64,000 nt of DNA from an uncultured Acidimicrobiales bacterium. Lineage in GTDB: Bacteria > Actinomycetota > Acidimicrobiia > Acidimicrobiales > SHLQ01. Under the pieces are notes generated by a model. It worked only from the letters and a program-made list of their open reading frames with translations, was not told the origin of the DNA and did not search any database. This document shows, piece by piece, positions 43,281 through 51,218 of the stretch (positions are counted from its first letter, which is position 1; every line of letters begins with the position of its first letter). The stretch spans positions 8,891 to 72,890 of the forward strand of contig CAZFBD010000009.1 of the NCBI GenBank assembly GCA_964517125.1, given 5' to 3'. The translations under genes were made by a program, and so were the position numbers.

Positions 43281-43971
43281 CGGCTCGGGTCTTCCAGTTG
43301 ATTTCGGCATCAGGAAGACGCAGGTACATGGGCTCGAGCTCGCTGGCCTGGACAAACTCTTCGCGCAATGCGCGGTGGTGGGCGATGTCGACCAGCGAAC
43401 GGGCCGACGGATACGCCAGATCCTGTCCGGCGAACTCCACGTGCTTGAGACCCTTGAAGTCGCCCTCGTGGCGGATGGCTCCGTCGCCGACCAACAACAC
43501 GTCTTCCTTCACGGCCACGAGCTCACCGCACAGTTCCGATGGAACGGCGACCGTGGGTTCGGTGATGCGCTGGACCCCGCCCGGAACGGCGCGGTAGGAG
43601 GCGGTGAAGACCTCGCCTCGACGAGCATCGAGACAGGTGACGATTCGCCGGGAGGAGTGTCGGGCTGCGAAGGCCAGCATGTCCAGGCTGGAGACACCGA
43701 TCATGGGCACACCGAGCGCGTGCGCAATGGCCATGGCTGATGCGAGTCCCACCCGAAGGCCGGTGAAGAGGCCGGGTCCGACATCGACCGCGACCACGGA
43801 GATCTCGGAGAGCTCGACTCGGGCCTGCTTGGCGACGAACTGAATTTGTGGGGTGAGCGATTCGGCGTGACGGCGATCGCGTGCCGAGTGCGCCGAGGCG
43901 AGCACACCCTCGTGGCCACCAATGGCGACACCAACCTGCGTTCCGGCTGTTTCAATTCCCAGGATCAGCAC
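43273..43971 (-). CDS. tsaB: tRNA threonylcarbamoyladenosine biosynthesis protein TsaB
   Basis: From ORF 43273..44037, with the start at GTG 43971 (VLILGIETAGTQVGVAI). It also has VDVGPGLFTGLRVG. It overlaps the tsaE stop and the rimI start. Confidence 0.8.
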   Translation of the reverse strand: MLILGIETAGTQVGVAIGGHEGVLASAHSARDRRHAESLTPQIQFVAKQARVELSEISVVAVDVGPGLFTGLRVGLASAMAIAHALGVPMIGVSSLDMLAFAARHSSRRIVTCLDARRGEVFTASYRAVPGGVQRITEPTVAVPSELCGELVAVKEDVLLVGDGAIRHEGDFKGLKHVEFAGQDLAYPSARSLVDIAHHRALREEFVQASELEPMYLRLPDAEINWKTRADD

Positions 43972-44462
43972 GGTTCGTCTCCACTGGTGACGTCGAGTTC
44001 CAGTCCGGCCGCAATGGCGGGCTCGCGGGAGCACCAACGTTCACCGACAGGGCGAAGTTCGATCTGACGATCGTCGTCGCCCTCGCCGAAGGTGAACCGG
44101 ACTTCGAGAAAGTCGGCCGGCAGCGTGGACACGATGGCGTCGCCCCACTCGATGAGCACGACCCCGCCGGCGTCGAGGAGGTCGGGCAGGTCGAGGTCGA
44201 GAACCTCGGACATCTGTTCCAGCCGGTACACGTCGAGGTGATTGAGCGGCAGCCGACCCTGGTATTCACGAGCGAGCGTGAAGGTGGGACTGGTCATTGG
44301 CTCGGCCACGCCGAGCGCCGCCCCATACGCCTTCGAGAACGCGGTCTTGCCGGCACCCAGATCCCCGACGAGGACGAGAACATCGCCGGGGGCGGCCATG
44401 TTGGCCAGGACAGCACCGAGATGTCCGGTCTGCTCAGGTGAGGAGGTTTCGATGCGCAACAC
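43965..44462 (-). CDS. tsaE: tRNA threonylcarbamoyladenosine biosynthesis ATPase TsaE
   Basis: 165 aa. It has the P-loop LVGDLGAGKTAFSK, SPTFTLAREY and HLDVYRL. Confidence 0.85.
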   Translation of the reverse strand: MLRIETSSPEQTGHLGAVLANMAAPGDVLVLVGDLGAGKTAFSKAYGAALGVAEPMTSPTFTLAREYQGRLPLNHLDVYRLEQMSEVLDLDLPDLLDAGGVVLIEWGDAIVSTLPADFLEVRFTFGEGDDDRQIELRPVGERWCSREPAIAAGLELDVTSGDEPC

Positions 44463-44501
44463 GACCTCGATTCTACGGATGATTTTCGGCGGTGAGCGGC
44501 C

Positions 44502-45389
44502 TCAGGTCCGGCTTGCAGCAATGGCGTGTTGAACTGCGGTGGCCGCAAGCAGGCGGGCCGTCCCGACATCATCGGACAGGCCCGCGTCCGCATCGATCGG
44601 TCGGCCGACGGCAACCAGCGCGTCACCATCTGCCGGCCCGTGCGCCGGGATGATCGCTCGGGCCATGCCGTCGTGGCCCGCTTGGGCCAGAAGATGGCAC
44701 TGAGCCTTCGAGAACCTGCCGTTCGTGACGACGAGTCCGATGGTCGTGTTCTCGCCAAGTGGCGAGTCCTCCTCGGGCCATTCGAAGGAACCGTCAGCGA
44801 TTGCCGCCGCAGTGCCTTGTCCCTGTGGCTCGGTCGTCAGGTCTCCAACCGCATTGACGGCGACGAGTGCACCCACGACGAGATCGTCGCGGCGGACCTG
44901 GGCCCAGGCAATGCCGGCATCTCTGGCAGCATCTGGGCCGCGCCACTTGCCGACGGTGGCTCCGGTGCCTGCGCCGACCGCACCGATCTCGAACGTCGTC
45001 GATGCATCCTCCAGAGCCACTGCCCCCTGTTCCGGACCAGGCCGTACAGCACCATCGCCAACGCCCAGGTCGAACAGCGACAGACCCACAACGATTGGGA
45101 CCCGTCCAAACCGGGTTTCGAACCCAACATCGGCCGCTGCCAGCGACGCCATGACTCCGTCGGCGGCGGCCAGCCCGAAGGCCGAACCGCCGGAAAGGAC
45201 GAGAGCATCGATGGACTGCACGGTGCGGGTTGGGTTGAGCAGACCGAACTCGCGGGTTGCGGGAGCACTCCCTCGAATTTCTCCGGACGCAACCACAGCC
45301 TCATCGAATCGGACGACCGTGCATCCGGTGCGGGCATGGCTGTCGGTCTGGTGCCCCACCCGCATCCACGGGAACGCCGTCTCGATCAT
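44502..45389 (-). CDS. P1 family peptidase (S58, DmpA/L-aminopeptidase-like)
   Basis: From ORF 44502..45446. I prefer the start at ATG 45389 (MIETAFPWMRVGHQTD) because the longer form would overlap the divergent selenoprotein start. Motifs are TGCTVVRF, GEIRGSAPATRE and LSGGSAFGLAAADGV. Confidence 0.75.
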   Translation of the reverse strand: MIETAFPWMRVGHQTDSHARTGCTVVRFDEAVVASGEIRGSAPATREFGLLNPTRTVQSIDALVLSGGSAFGLAAADGVMASLAAADVGFETRFGRVPIVVGLSLFDLGVGDGAVRPGPEQGAVALEDASTTFEIGAVGAGTGATVGKWRGPDAARDAGIAWAQVRRDDLVVGALVAVNAVGDLTTEPQGQGTAAAIADGSFEWPEEDSPLGENTTIGLVVTNGRFSKAQCHLLAQAGHDGMARAIIPAHGPADGDALVAVGRPIDADAGLSDDVGTARLLAATAVQHAIAASRT

Positions 45390-45440
45390 GTTCGACACCA
45401 CGGGACCTCCTGGGCGGCGATTGAGTGGCATGCTGGAACC

Positions 45441-45701
45441 ATGCACATCAGCATCACCTATTGCGTTCCTTGAGACTATTCATCCCGCGCCGTGAGCGCG
45501 GTCGACGATCTGCTCAGCAATTACCAGCACATCATTTCGTCGCTGACCCTGCACACGGGCGGCAGCGGTGTCTTTGATGTCGTCGTTGACGACGTGGTGC
45601 TCTACTCCAAGAAGCAGACTGGGCGCCACGCGAATCCCGGCGAGGTATTGGAGCTCTTCACCGCGGCCCACGCCGACGGTGTCGCCCGCTACGGGACCTG
45701 A
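45441..45701 (+). CDS. SelW/SelT/SelH (Rdx) family redox protein with in-frame UGA (putative selenocysteine at 45471-45473)
   Basis: ORF-track entry 45492..45701 (MSAVDDLLSNYQHIISSLTLHTGGSGVFDVVVDDVVLYSKKQTGRHANPGEV) is the Rdx-fold body without its redox motif. The same frame upstream reads ATG(45441) MHISITYCVP-TGA-DYSSRAV. This gives the family-defining I.YC..[C/U] motif, with U encoded by the TGA. Confidence 0.6.
45483..45505 (+). promoter_or_regulatory. candidate bacterial SECIS hairpin
   Basis: The stem pairs CCGCGC (45485-45490) with GCGCGG (45496-45501), with apical loop CGUGA having G at loop position 2. It can be extended by U45483-A45505 and C45484-G45504 across a 2-nt bulge. The stem starts ~10 nt after the UGA and the loop lies ~18-22 nt from it. 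Confidence 0.4.
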
Positions 45702-45716
45702 CCCGGCAGCTGCCCC

Positions 45717-46081
45717 GTGAGAGCCGACCGACTGATCGCTCTGCTCCTTCTGCTGCAGCAGAAGGGCCGGATCACGGCGGCACAGGCCGCAGAAGAACTG
45801 GAAGTCTCCACTCGTACCGCTCGACGTGACCTCGAGGCGCTCGTCATGAGGGGGGGTTCCCGTGTACTCCACCCACGGTCGCTGTGGCGGGTGGCAGCTG
45901 ATCGGTGGAGCGTCGACAGATCTCACCGGGCTGTCGGCCGACGAGGCGCAGGCGCTCTTTCTATCTGCTGGCCCTGCGCTGGACAGCACACCCGAGCTCA
46001 AGTCGGCCATGAGCACCTCCGGAGGACGTCAAAGCCGAGATGCGCCGGATCACCGCCGAGCTTCAGGATGTGTGGGGCTGA
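45717..46081 (+). pseudogene. remnant of a YafY/DeoR-type HTH (WYL-family) regulator, frameshifted at a G7 run and truncated
   Basis: Frame 1 (from 45717) reads RADRLIALLLLLQQKGRITAAQAAEELEVSTRTARRDLEALVMRG. After the G7 run at 45850-45856 the homology continues in the +1 frame, (G)VPVYSTHGRCGGWQLIGGASTDLTGLSADEAQALFL. A third frame ends ...APPEDVKAEMRRITAELQDVWG-TGA at 46079-46081. The total of ~120 codons compares with the ~320 expected, and no WYL domain is present. Confidence 0.5.
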
Positions 46082-46807
46082 TCAGGCGAGTGCGGCTGCA
46101 AGGGCGTCGGCGCCGGCGGCGAGGGCATCGATCTGCTCGCTGGTGAGCGCGCGGTAGTGGTCGGCCATGAGTTTGTCGGTCATGGCGTCGATGGATGCCA
46201 AGGTCTCGTGGTCGGCGTCGGTGGCCGACGGAAGTTCTTCCCAACCGAAACCCGCCCCATCCTCGGGGCGCCGGATGGCGTGGGCGAGAACCGGGTCCAT
46301 TCCGTGGGCGACGATGGCGACCAGGTGAACGCAACCTCGGAGCTCCCGAAGAACGATCGCGTTGAACATGGCCGCACCCTCGGCATCTGCGGGCGGGGCT
46401 TCCGCTGCGTAACCGGCGAACAACGAGAGCGCTGCCAGCGAAGCCGACTCGATCAATGCGGCAGAGGCGTCATTGAATGCGTCGAGCCCCTCGACACCTG
46501 CGAAACGTTCCCGGCCGACATCCTCAGCCCAGTCCAGATAGTTGCGGCTGGCGTCGCGGGGCGCCATGCGTGCGGCAGCCGAGTCCCACATCTTCTTGAC
46601 GAGTGCCGGGTTGAAGTAGCCGAACGCCGAGGCCACGACCGCCGATTCGACATCGCCGAGCACGCCGCCACGGCCGAGGAAGTACATGCGAAAGCCGTCG
46701 AGTCCAGCAGCCTTCGCCTTTGCGATCACTCCGGGGTCGAAGTAGTGAACGGCGCCAACGCCGTTCAGGACGGGATCGATTCGTGTCGCTGCTTCCTCAG
46801 GTGTCAT
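46082..46807 (-). CDS. conserved hypothetical helical protein (actinobacterial; family not confidently recognised)
   Basis: 241-aa ORF with clean coding character: MTPEEAATRIDPVLNGVGAVHYFDPGVIAKAKAAGLDGFRMYFLGRGGVLGDV... Confidence 0.6.
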   Translation of the reverse strand: MTPEEAATRIDPVLNGVGAVHYFDPGVIAKAKAAGLDGFRMYFLGRGGVLGDVESAVVASAFGYFNPALVKKMWDSAAARMAPRDASRNYLDWAEDVGRERFAGVEGLDAFNDASAALIESASLAALSLFAGYAAEAPPADAEGAAMFNAIVLRELRGCVHLVAIVAHGMDPVLAHAIRRPEDGAGFGWEELPSATDADHETLASIDAMTDKLMADHYRALTSEQIDALAAGADALAAALA

Positions 46808-46894
46808 GGCGCGAGCATATTCGTTCGCCGGATTCCGAACACTGCCGGAGTAGGGATCGGCCGAGGCGCCTCCACGCCGTTACCCTGCAACCGC

Positions 46895-47467
46895 ATGGAT
46901 CTGATTCTCGTGCGCCATGGCCGTCCTGAACGTGTCGATCACGACCCCACGGGCGCCGACCCCGGGCTCACCGACCTGGGCCACCGCCAAGCGAGTGCGG
47001 CCGCCAGCTATCTGCTCGATACCAACATCGACCACCTGTATGTGAGTCCCATGCTCCGAGCCGTCGAGACCGCCGCGCCTCTGGCCGAACTGCACGGCCT
47101 CACCCCAACCGTCGTCGACGACATCGCCGAATTCGACATCGGCGAGCCCAGCTACATCCCGGGGGAAGAGGCCAACTACACGGCCGAGGACATCGACGAA
47201 CTGTTCCAAAAGATGACGTCGCCAGAGTTCGGCGAGCGGGTCATCCGGGGCATGGAGGGCATCATCGCATCCCATCCCGGCGACACGGCTGCCGCCGTGT
47301 GCCACGGCGGTGTCATCTCCCGATACGTGTGCCACATCCTCGGGTTGAACCCAACCGACACCTTCCTCGATGCGCACTACACCTCGGTCACTCGCATCCG
47401 AGGATCTGCAAGCGGCCGCCGATCAATCACCACGTTCAACGAGCACCACTGGTTGCGCTCGCTCTGA
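46895..47467 (+). CDS. histidine phosphatase family protein (phosphoglycerate mutase-like)
   Basis: This is the C-terminal part of ORF 46157..47467, with the start at ATG 46895. MDLILVRHGRPE carries the RHG motif, followed by YVSPMLRAVETA and AVCHGGVI. Confidence 0.8.
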   Translation: MDLILVRHGRPERVDHDPTGADPGLTDLGHRQASAAASYLLDTNIDHLYVSPMLRAVETAAPLAELHGLTPTVVDDIAEFDIGEPSYIPGEEANYTAEDIDELFQKMTSPEFGERVIRGMEGIIASHPGDTAAAVCHGGVISRYVCHILGLNPTDTFLDAHYTSVTRIRGSASGRRSITTFNEHHWLRSL

Positions 47468-47486
47468 GTCCCGTAGGTTCGTACGC

Positions 47487-48089
47487 ATGACCACGGCCGG
47501 GTGGGTTGCGCCAGATCTTTCAGACGAAGCCATTCGAGGGTCCGATCTGGACCGCATGGCCCGCTATCACGAGGCGCTCGAGGCGGCCGGCATGCGCGTC
47601 CTTCCCAGCGAACTCCGGCGGGTCCCGCTCACCGTCGATGCCCAACCGTCGAACTTCGCCTGGGATGGTGAGCGCGTCGTCCTCCTCGACACGACGCCAC
47701 CGCTCATCTGGGATGCCGGCGGCGGACCGTTCTGGGACTCTGGCAACTACCTGAAGGCCATTCCCGCTCCCCTGCGTCCGGCTGCCATGCATTTCGTCCG
47801 CAAGCAGGGTGACCTTTCCCGGACCAGCCGAGGTGTGCTGGCACTGACCGCCTTGTGGATGAAGCGCATCGATCTCCCCCAGTGGGTCCAGCCGGCGATC
47901 GACACCTTCAACCCGCTCCTCGACACGCCCATCACCATCGAGGAAACCGAGCGTGAGTACGCCGAGGTCATCAAGCGCATTCCGAACATCAAGCGCATGG
48001 CGCGCATCGAACGTTTCTGGCAGACCCGAGTGCGGCGCTCGGACTACCAGTTCTTCATCACCAACAGTTTCACGGGGGAAATTTTGTGA
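47487..48089 (+). CDS. hypothetical protein resembling the C-lobe of a kinase-like (APH/ePK) fold
   Basis: From ORF 47370..48089, with the start at ATG 47487 (MTTAGWVAPD). QPSNFAWDGERVVLLDTTPP resembles the catalytic-loop/DxD region of APH-like kinases, but there is no N-lobe or P-loop. It overlaps the next gene in a GTGA. Confidence 0.5.
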   Translation: MTTAGWVAPDLSDEAIRGSDLDRMARYHEALEAAGMRVLPSELRRVPLTVDAQPSNFAWDGERVVLLDTTPPLIWDAGGGPFWDSGNYLKAIPAPLRPAAMHFVRKQGDLSRTSRGVLALTALWMKRIDLPQWVQPAIDTFNPLLDTPITIEETEREYAEVIKRIPNIKRMARIERFWQTRVRRSDYQFFITNSFTGEIL

Positions 48090-49078
48090 TCGAACACGTG
48101 ACCGTCGTCGGCGCGGGCCTCTCCGGGCTCATCGCTGCACACGAACTCGCCCAAACCGGTGTGTCCGTTGATGTCCTCGACAAGGGACTCGGTGTCGGAG
48201 GACGCCTCGCAACCCGCCGCATCGCCGGCGCCACGTTGGACCATGGAGCGCAGTTCTTCACCGTCCGAGGACAGCGGTTTCGAGAGTTCACCGATGACGC
48301 CATCGAGGCCGGCATCGTCGATGTGTGGTGCCACGGTTTTGGCACCCGGGACCGGTACCCCCGCTACCGGTGTCCAGCCGGTATGACGGCGCTTGCGAAG
48401 TGGCTGGCGGACCGGACCCGATCCCACGGCGCCACGATCACCACCGACGTGCGGGTCGAATCCGTCGGAGCCGGAACGAACGAGTGGCTCGTGACCGACA
48501 CCGAAGGCCGAACTCGACCGACCGACGCCGTGATTCTGACGCCGCCGGTCCCGCAGACTCTCGACCTGCTGCGCATTGGCGGTGTCACCGTCGATGCGCC
48601 ACTGGACCGTCAGCTCGACGCACTCAGCTACAAGCCGACGATGGCATTGCTCGTCGTCCTCGACGGGCCATCGGCCGTTCCACGACCCGGTGGTGTCCAA
48701 CGCACCGAACGCGACCTCTTCACGTTCATCGCCGACAACGCCATGAAGGGCATCAGCGACGTTTCCGCATTGACCTTTCATGTGAACGGCCCCACGAGCA
48801 CTCGTCGGTGGGACGACGACCCCGAGGAGGTTCGCTCCGACCTTCTGCGAACTGCATCACCGTGGTTCGGCGGCGCCAAGGTGGTCGAATCGCAGCTGAA
48901 GACGTGGCGGTATGCCGGGCCGTACGTACCGTTCCCGGCGCCGTGTGTCGTTGCACATGTGGAACCCGGGCCGCTGGTTCTCGCGGGCGATGCCTTTGCC
49001 GGACCGAAGGTGGAAGGCGCCTTCAACTCGGGACTCGCAGCGGCAGCCGAGATTGCCTCGCGACTACCGGCCAGCTGA
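48086..49078 (+). CDS. NAD(P)/FAD-dependent oxidoreductase (amine-oxidase/renalase-like)
   Basis: 330 aa with a GTG start. It has the Rossmann motif VTVVGAGLSGLIAAHELAQTGVSVDVLDKGLGVGGR and the C-terminal GDAFAGPKVEGAFNSG. Confidence 0.75.
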   Translation: MIEHVTVVGAGLSGLIAAHELAQTGVSVDVLDKGLGVGGRLATRRIAGATLDHGAQFFTVRGQRFREFTDDAIEAGIVDVWCHGFGTRDRYPRYRCPAGMTALAKWLADRTRSHGATITTDVRVESVGAGTNEWLVTDTEGRTRPTDAVILTPPVPQTLDLLRIGGVTVDAPLDRQLDALSYKPTMALLVVLDGPSAVPRPGGVQRTERDLFTFIADNAMKGISDVSALTFHVNGPTSTRRWDDDPEEVRSDLLRTASPWFGGAKVVESQLKTWRYAGPYVPFPAPCVVAHVEPGPLVLAGDAFAGPKVEGAFNSGLAAAAEIASRLPAS

Positions 49079-49096
49079 CTCCGCAACCAACATCCG

Positions 49097-50320
49097 TCAG
49101 AAGAACGGGCTGAACCACATCTCGGGCTCTGGCTCGGGTTCGGCGACCACAACCCGACGCGGCCCCAGTCGCAACGCACGCATGGCCCACGCCCCGAGCA
49201 TGGGCCCCGGGGCAAGGAACAAGAACGCCCAGCCCCAACCCCAGGTGTCACGGAGAACCGGCACAAGAAAGATCGTGAACACCGTCAGGGTGAACCCGAC
49301 CGCAAGCTGCAACGTCAGCGCCGTCCCGACCCATCGGGCATCGACGACCTCGGTCACGATCGTGGAGAACTGTGCGCTGTCGGCGACGACCCAGAACCCC
49401 CATACCAGGCCCACTCCGACCACGATCACGGTGGGTGCATCGATCAGGAACCCCATCACGAACGCCACCGACGCCGACCACCGCATGGCCAACGCCGCCG
49501 CTTCGGACCGGGTCCACTTGTCGCTCATGCGGCCGGCGTACACCGACCCTGCTGCACCCACGCCAATGACAGCGAAGGCAGCCAGGCTGGCCTGACGGGC
49601 CGAGTCGAACACGTCACCGTAGAAGGCAGCGATCCACGCCCACATGGCGTAGAGCTCCCACATGTGACCGAAATACCCCAGGCTCGCCAGGCGAAACTCC
49701 CGGTTCCCGACGATCGTCCCGATCTGGGAGATGTCGAAGACTGCGGGCTTGGCCGTGTGCGGTCCGTCTTCACCCAACCGGTCGGCGAGCAGTCCGCCAA
49801 CGACCGTGATGCCCGACACGATGAGCAGAAGCGGACGCCAGTCCAATCCACCGATGGCGTTCAGTAGGTGCGGTAGCGCCGACCCCAGTGTGAGTGCACC
49901 GATCATGACGCCGAGTGCATACCCGCGTCCGACCCGATACCAGCTGGACATCGCCTTGAGCGCCGGCGGGTACACGCCCGCAAGGGCAGCACCGGTGACG
50001 AGTCTGCCGACCAGGGCCAGACCGAAACCATCGGTCAGCACGATCGACGCGTTGGCGAGCGCTGCCAGGCTGGCACCGATCAGCACAAGGCGACGGGGCG
50101 GGATTCGGTCCGCAAGACCCGCCGCCGACGAGAACACCGCACCGATCACAAAGCCCAGCTGCACGGCAATCGTCAGCCAGCTGGACTCCCCGCTCGACAA
50201 CATCCAGCGATCACGCAGCTGGCCGAGCACGGCAGCGGTCGAGAACCACGGCGACATCGCAAAGACGAGCGCGGTGGCAAGAATTGCGAGCTGCCTGCGC
50301 TGTTGCCGGTCCGCGTCCAT
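49097..50320 (-). CDS. MFS transporter
   Basis: From ORF 49097..50617, with the start at ATG 50320 (MDADRQQRRQLAILATALVF). It has ~12 TM helices and the loop 2-3 motif GLADRIPPRR. Confidence 0.8.
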   Translation of the reverse strand: MDADRQQRRQLAILATALVFAMSPWFSTAAVLGQLRDRWMLSSGESSWLTIAVQLGFVIGAVFSSAAGLADRIPPRRLVLIGASLAALANASIVLTDGFGLALVGRLVTGAALAGVYPPALKAMSSWYRVGRGYALGVMIGALTLGSALPHLLNAIGGLDWRPLLLIVSGITVVGGLLADRLGEDGPHTAKPAVFDISQIGTIVGNREFRLASLGYFGHMWELYAMWAWIAAFYGDVFDSARQASLAAFAVIGVGAAGSVYAGRMSDKWTRSEAAALAMRWSASVAFVMGFLIDAPTVIVVGVGLVWGFWVVADSAQFSTIVTEVVDARWVGTALTLQLAVGFTLTVFTIFLVPVLRDTWGWGWAFLFLAPGPMLGAWAMRALRLGPRRVVVAEPEPEPEMWFSPFF

Positions 50321-50360
50321 GTCTGCGGAACCGCCGGAGTGGCGCTCGGCATTCCGCACC

Positions 50361-51200
50361 TCAGGCGGGCGGCTTGCGGTTGTGGACCTTGCGGATCTCG
50401 ACGGATGCATCACGAATGGCGAACGCATCGAAGTCGAACACCAATGGCACGTGCGCCTCACTCTTCGCCGATCCCGCCCACTCGCTCTCGGTGCCGATCT
50501 GCATGTTCTTGATGAACGGAATCCATTCCTTCGGAACGAAGCAGTAGTCGGTGTGATGGCCCACGCGTCCGAACTCGGGGTCGGGCCGGAAGCGTGTGGG
50601 AGCTTCACGCGGGTCACCGTGCTCGAGGCCGGTGAACTCGTGGTACGCGCTCACATAGCCAGCGGCGTCCAGCACCGCTACCAGTTCGAGCATGTCATGG
50701 TTGGGATCGTTTCGGTGAAAGACCGGGTTGTTGTTGAAGTCGCCCGCGATCACGGTGGGCCCGCCGAGAAACCGTCGGTACAGGGTCATGGCCTGCATGG
50801 GCTGCGATGCCATGGGCTTCGACCGGAACTTCACCTGCGCGCGGTCGTTCAGCGCCCACACGGCCAGCACCTGATGGCTGACCGGACCGCTCACCTGAAT
50901 CGGGGCAACCCACTCCAACCGCTGATCCCACCGACCACCGTCGAGCTTGGCGATCGACGGCGGAAACGACAGCACGCCGAGTCCTCGTTGGGCATGTCGC
51001 CCGATCCACGCCATGGAGCTGTGCGCGATCCGGCCCGCTTTCAGCAGCCGAACTTCATTCCCGGCGCGAGCGGCTATGACGACGTTGGCGTCGAGCGCTT
51101 CGAGCTTTGGGTACTTCCGCTCGATCGACGGTCCGACCGTCCACACGACGATTCGATAGCAGCCGTCCGGGCGCGGGGTGATGTCGATCTCGACGGCCAT
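50361..51200 (-). CDS. endonuclease/exonuclease/phosphatase (EEP) family protein
   Basis: 279 aa. It has VIAGDFNNN and a HHTDYCFV-type C-terminal His. Confidence 0.65.
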   Translation of the reverse strand: MAVEIDITPRPDGCYRIVVWTVGPSIERKYPKLEALDANVVIAARAGNEVRLLKAGRIAHSSMAWIGRHAQRGLGVLSFPPSIAKLDGGRWDQRLEWVAPIQVSGPVSHQVLAVWALNDRAQVKFRSKPMASQPMQAMTLYRRFLGGPTVIAGDFNNNPVFHRNDPNHDMLELVAVLDAAGYVSAYHEFTGLEHGDPREAPTRFRPDPEFGRVGHHTDYCFVPKEWIPFIKNMQIGTESEWAGSAKSEAHVPLVFDFDAFAIRDASVEIRKVHNRKPPA

Positions 51201-51218
51201 TCGAGCAACGCTAGAGGA

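Noticed and set aside
45441-45473. Alternative reading of ATG 45441...TGA 45471 as a 10-codon upstream leader peptide, with the real protein starting at GTG 45492.
   Set aside because: The 10 residues plus the residues after the TGA reconstruct the exact N-terminal strand and CxxU motif of the Rdx family, in frame. A protein starting at 45492 would lack the catalytic motif. I keep this as the null hypothesis in the finding.
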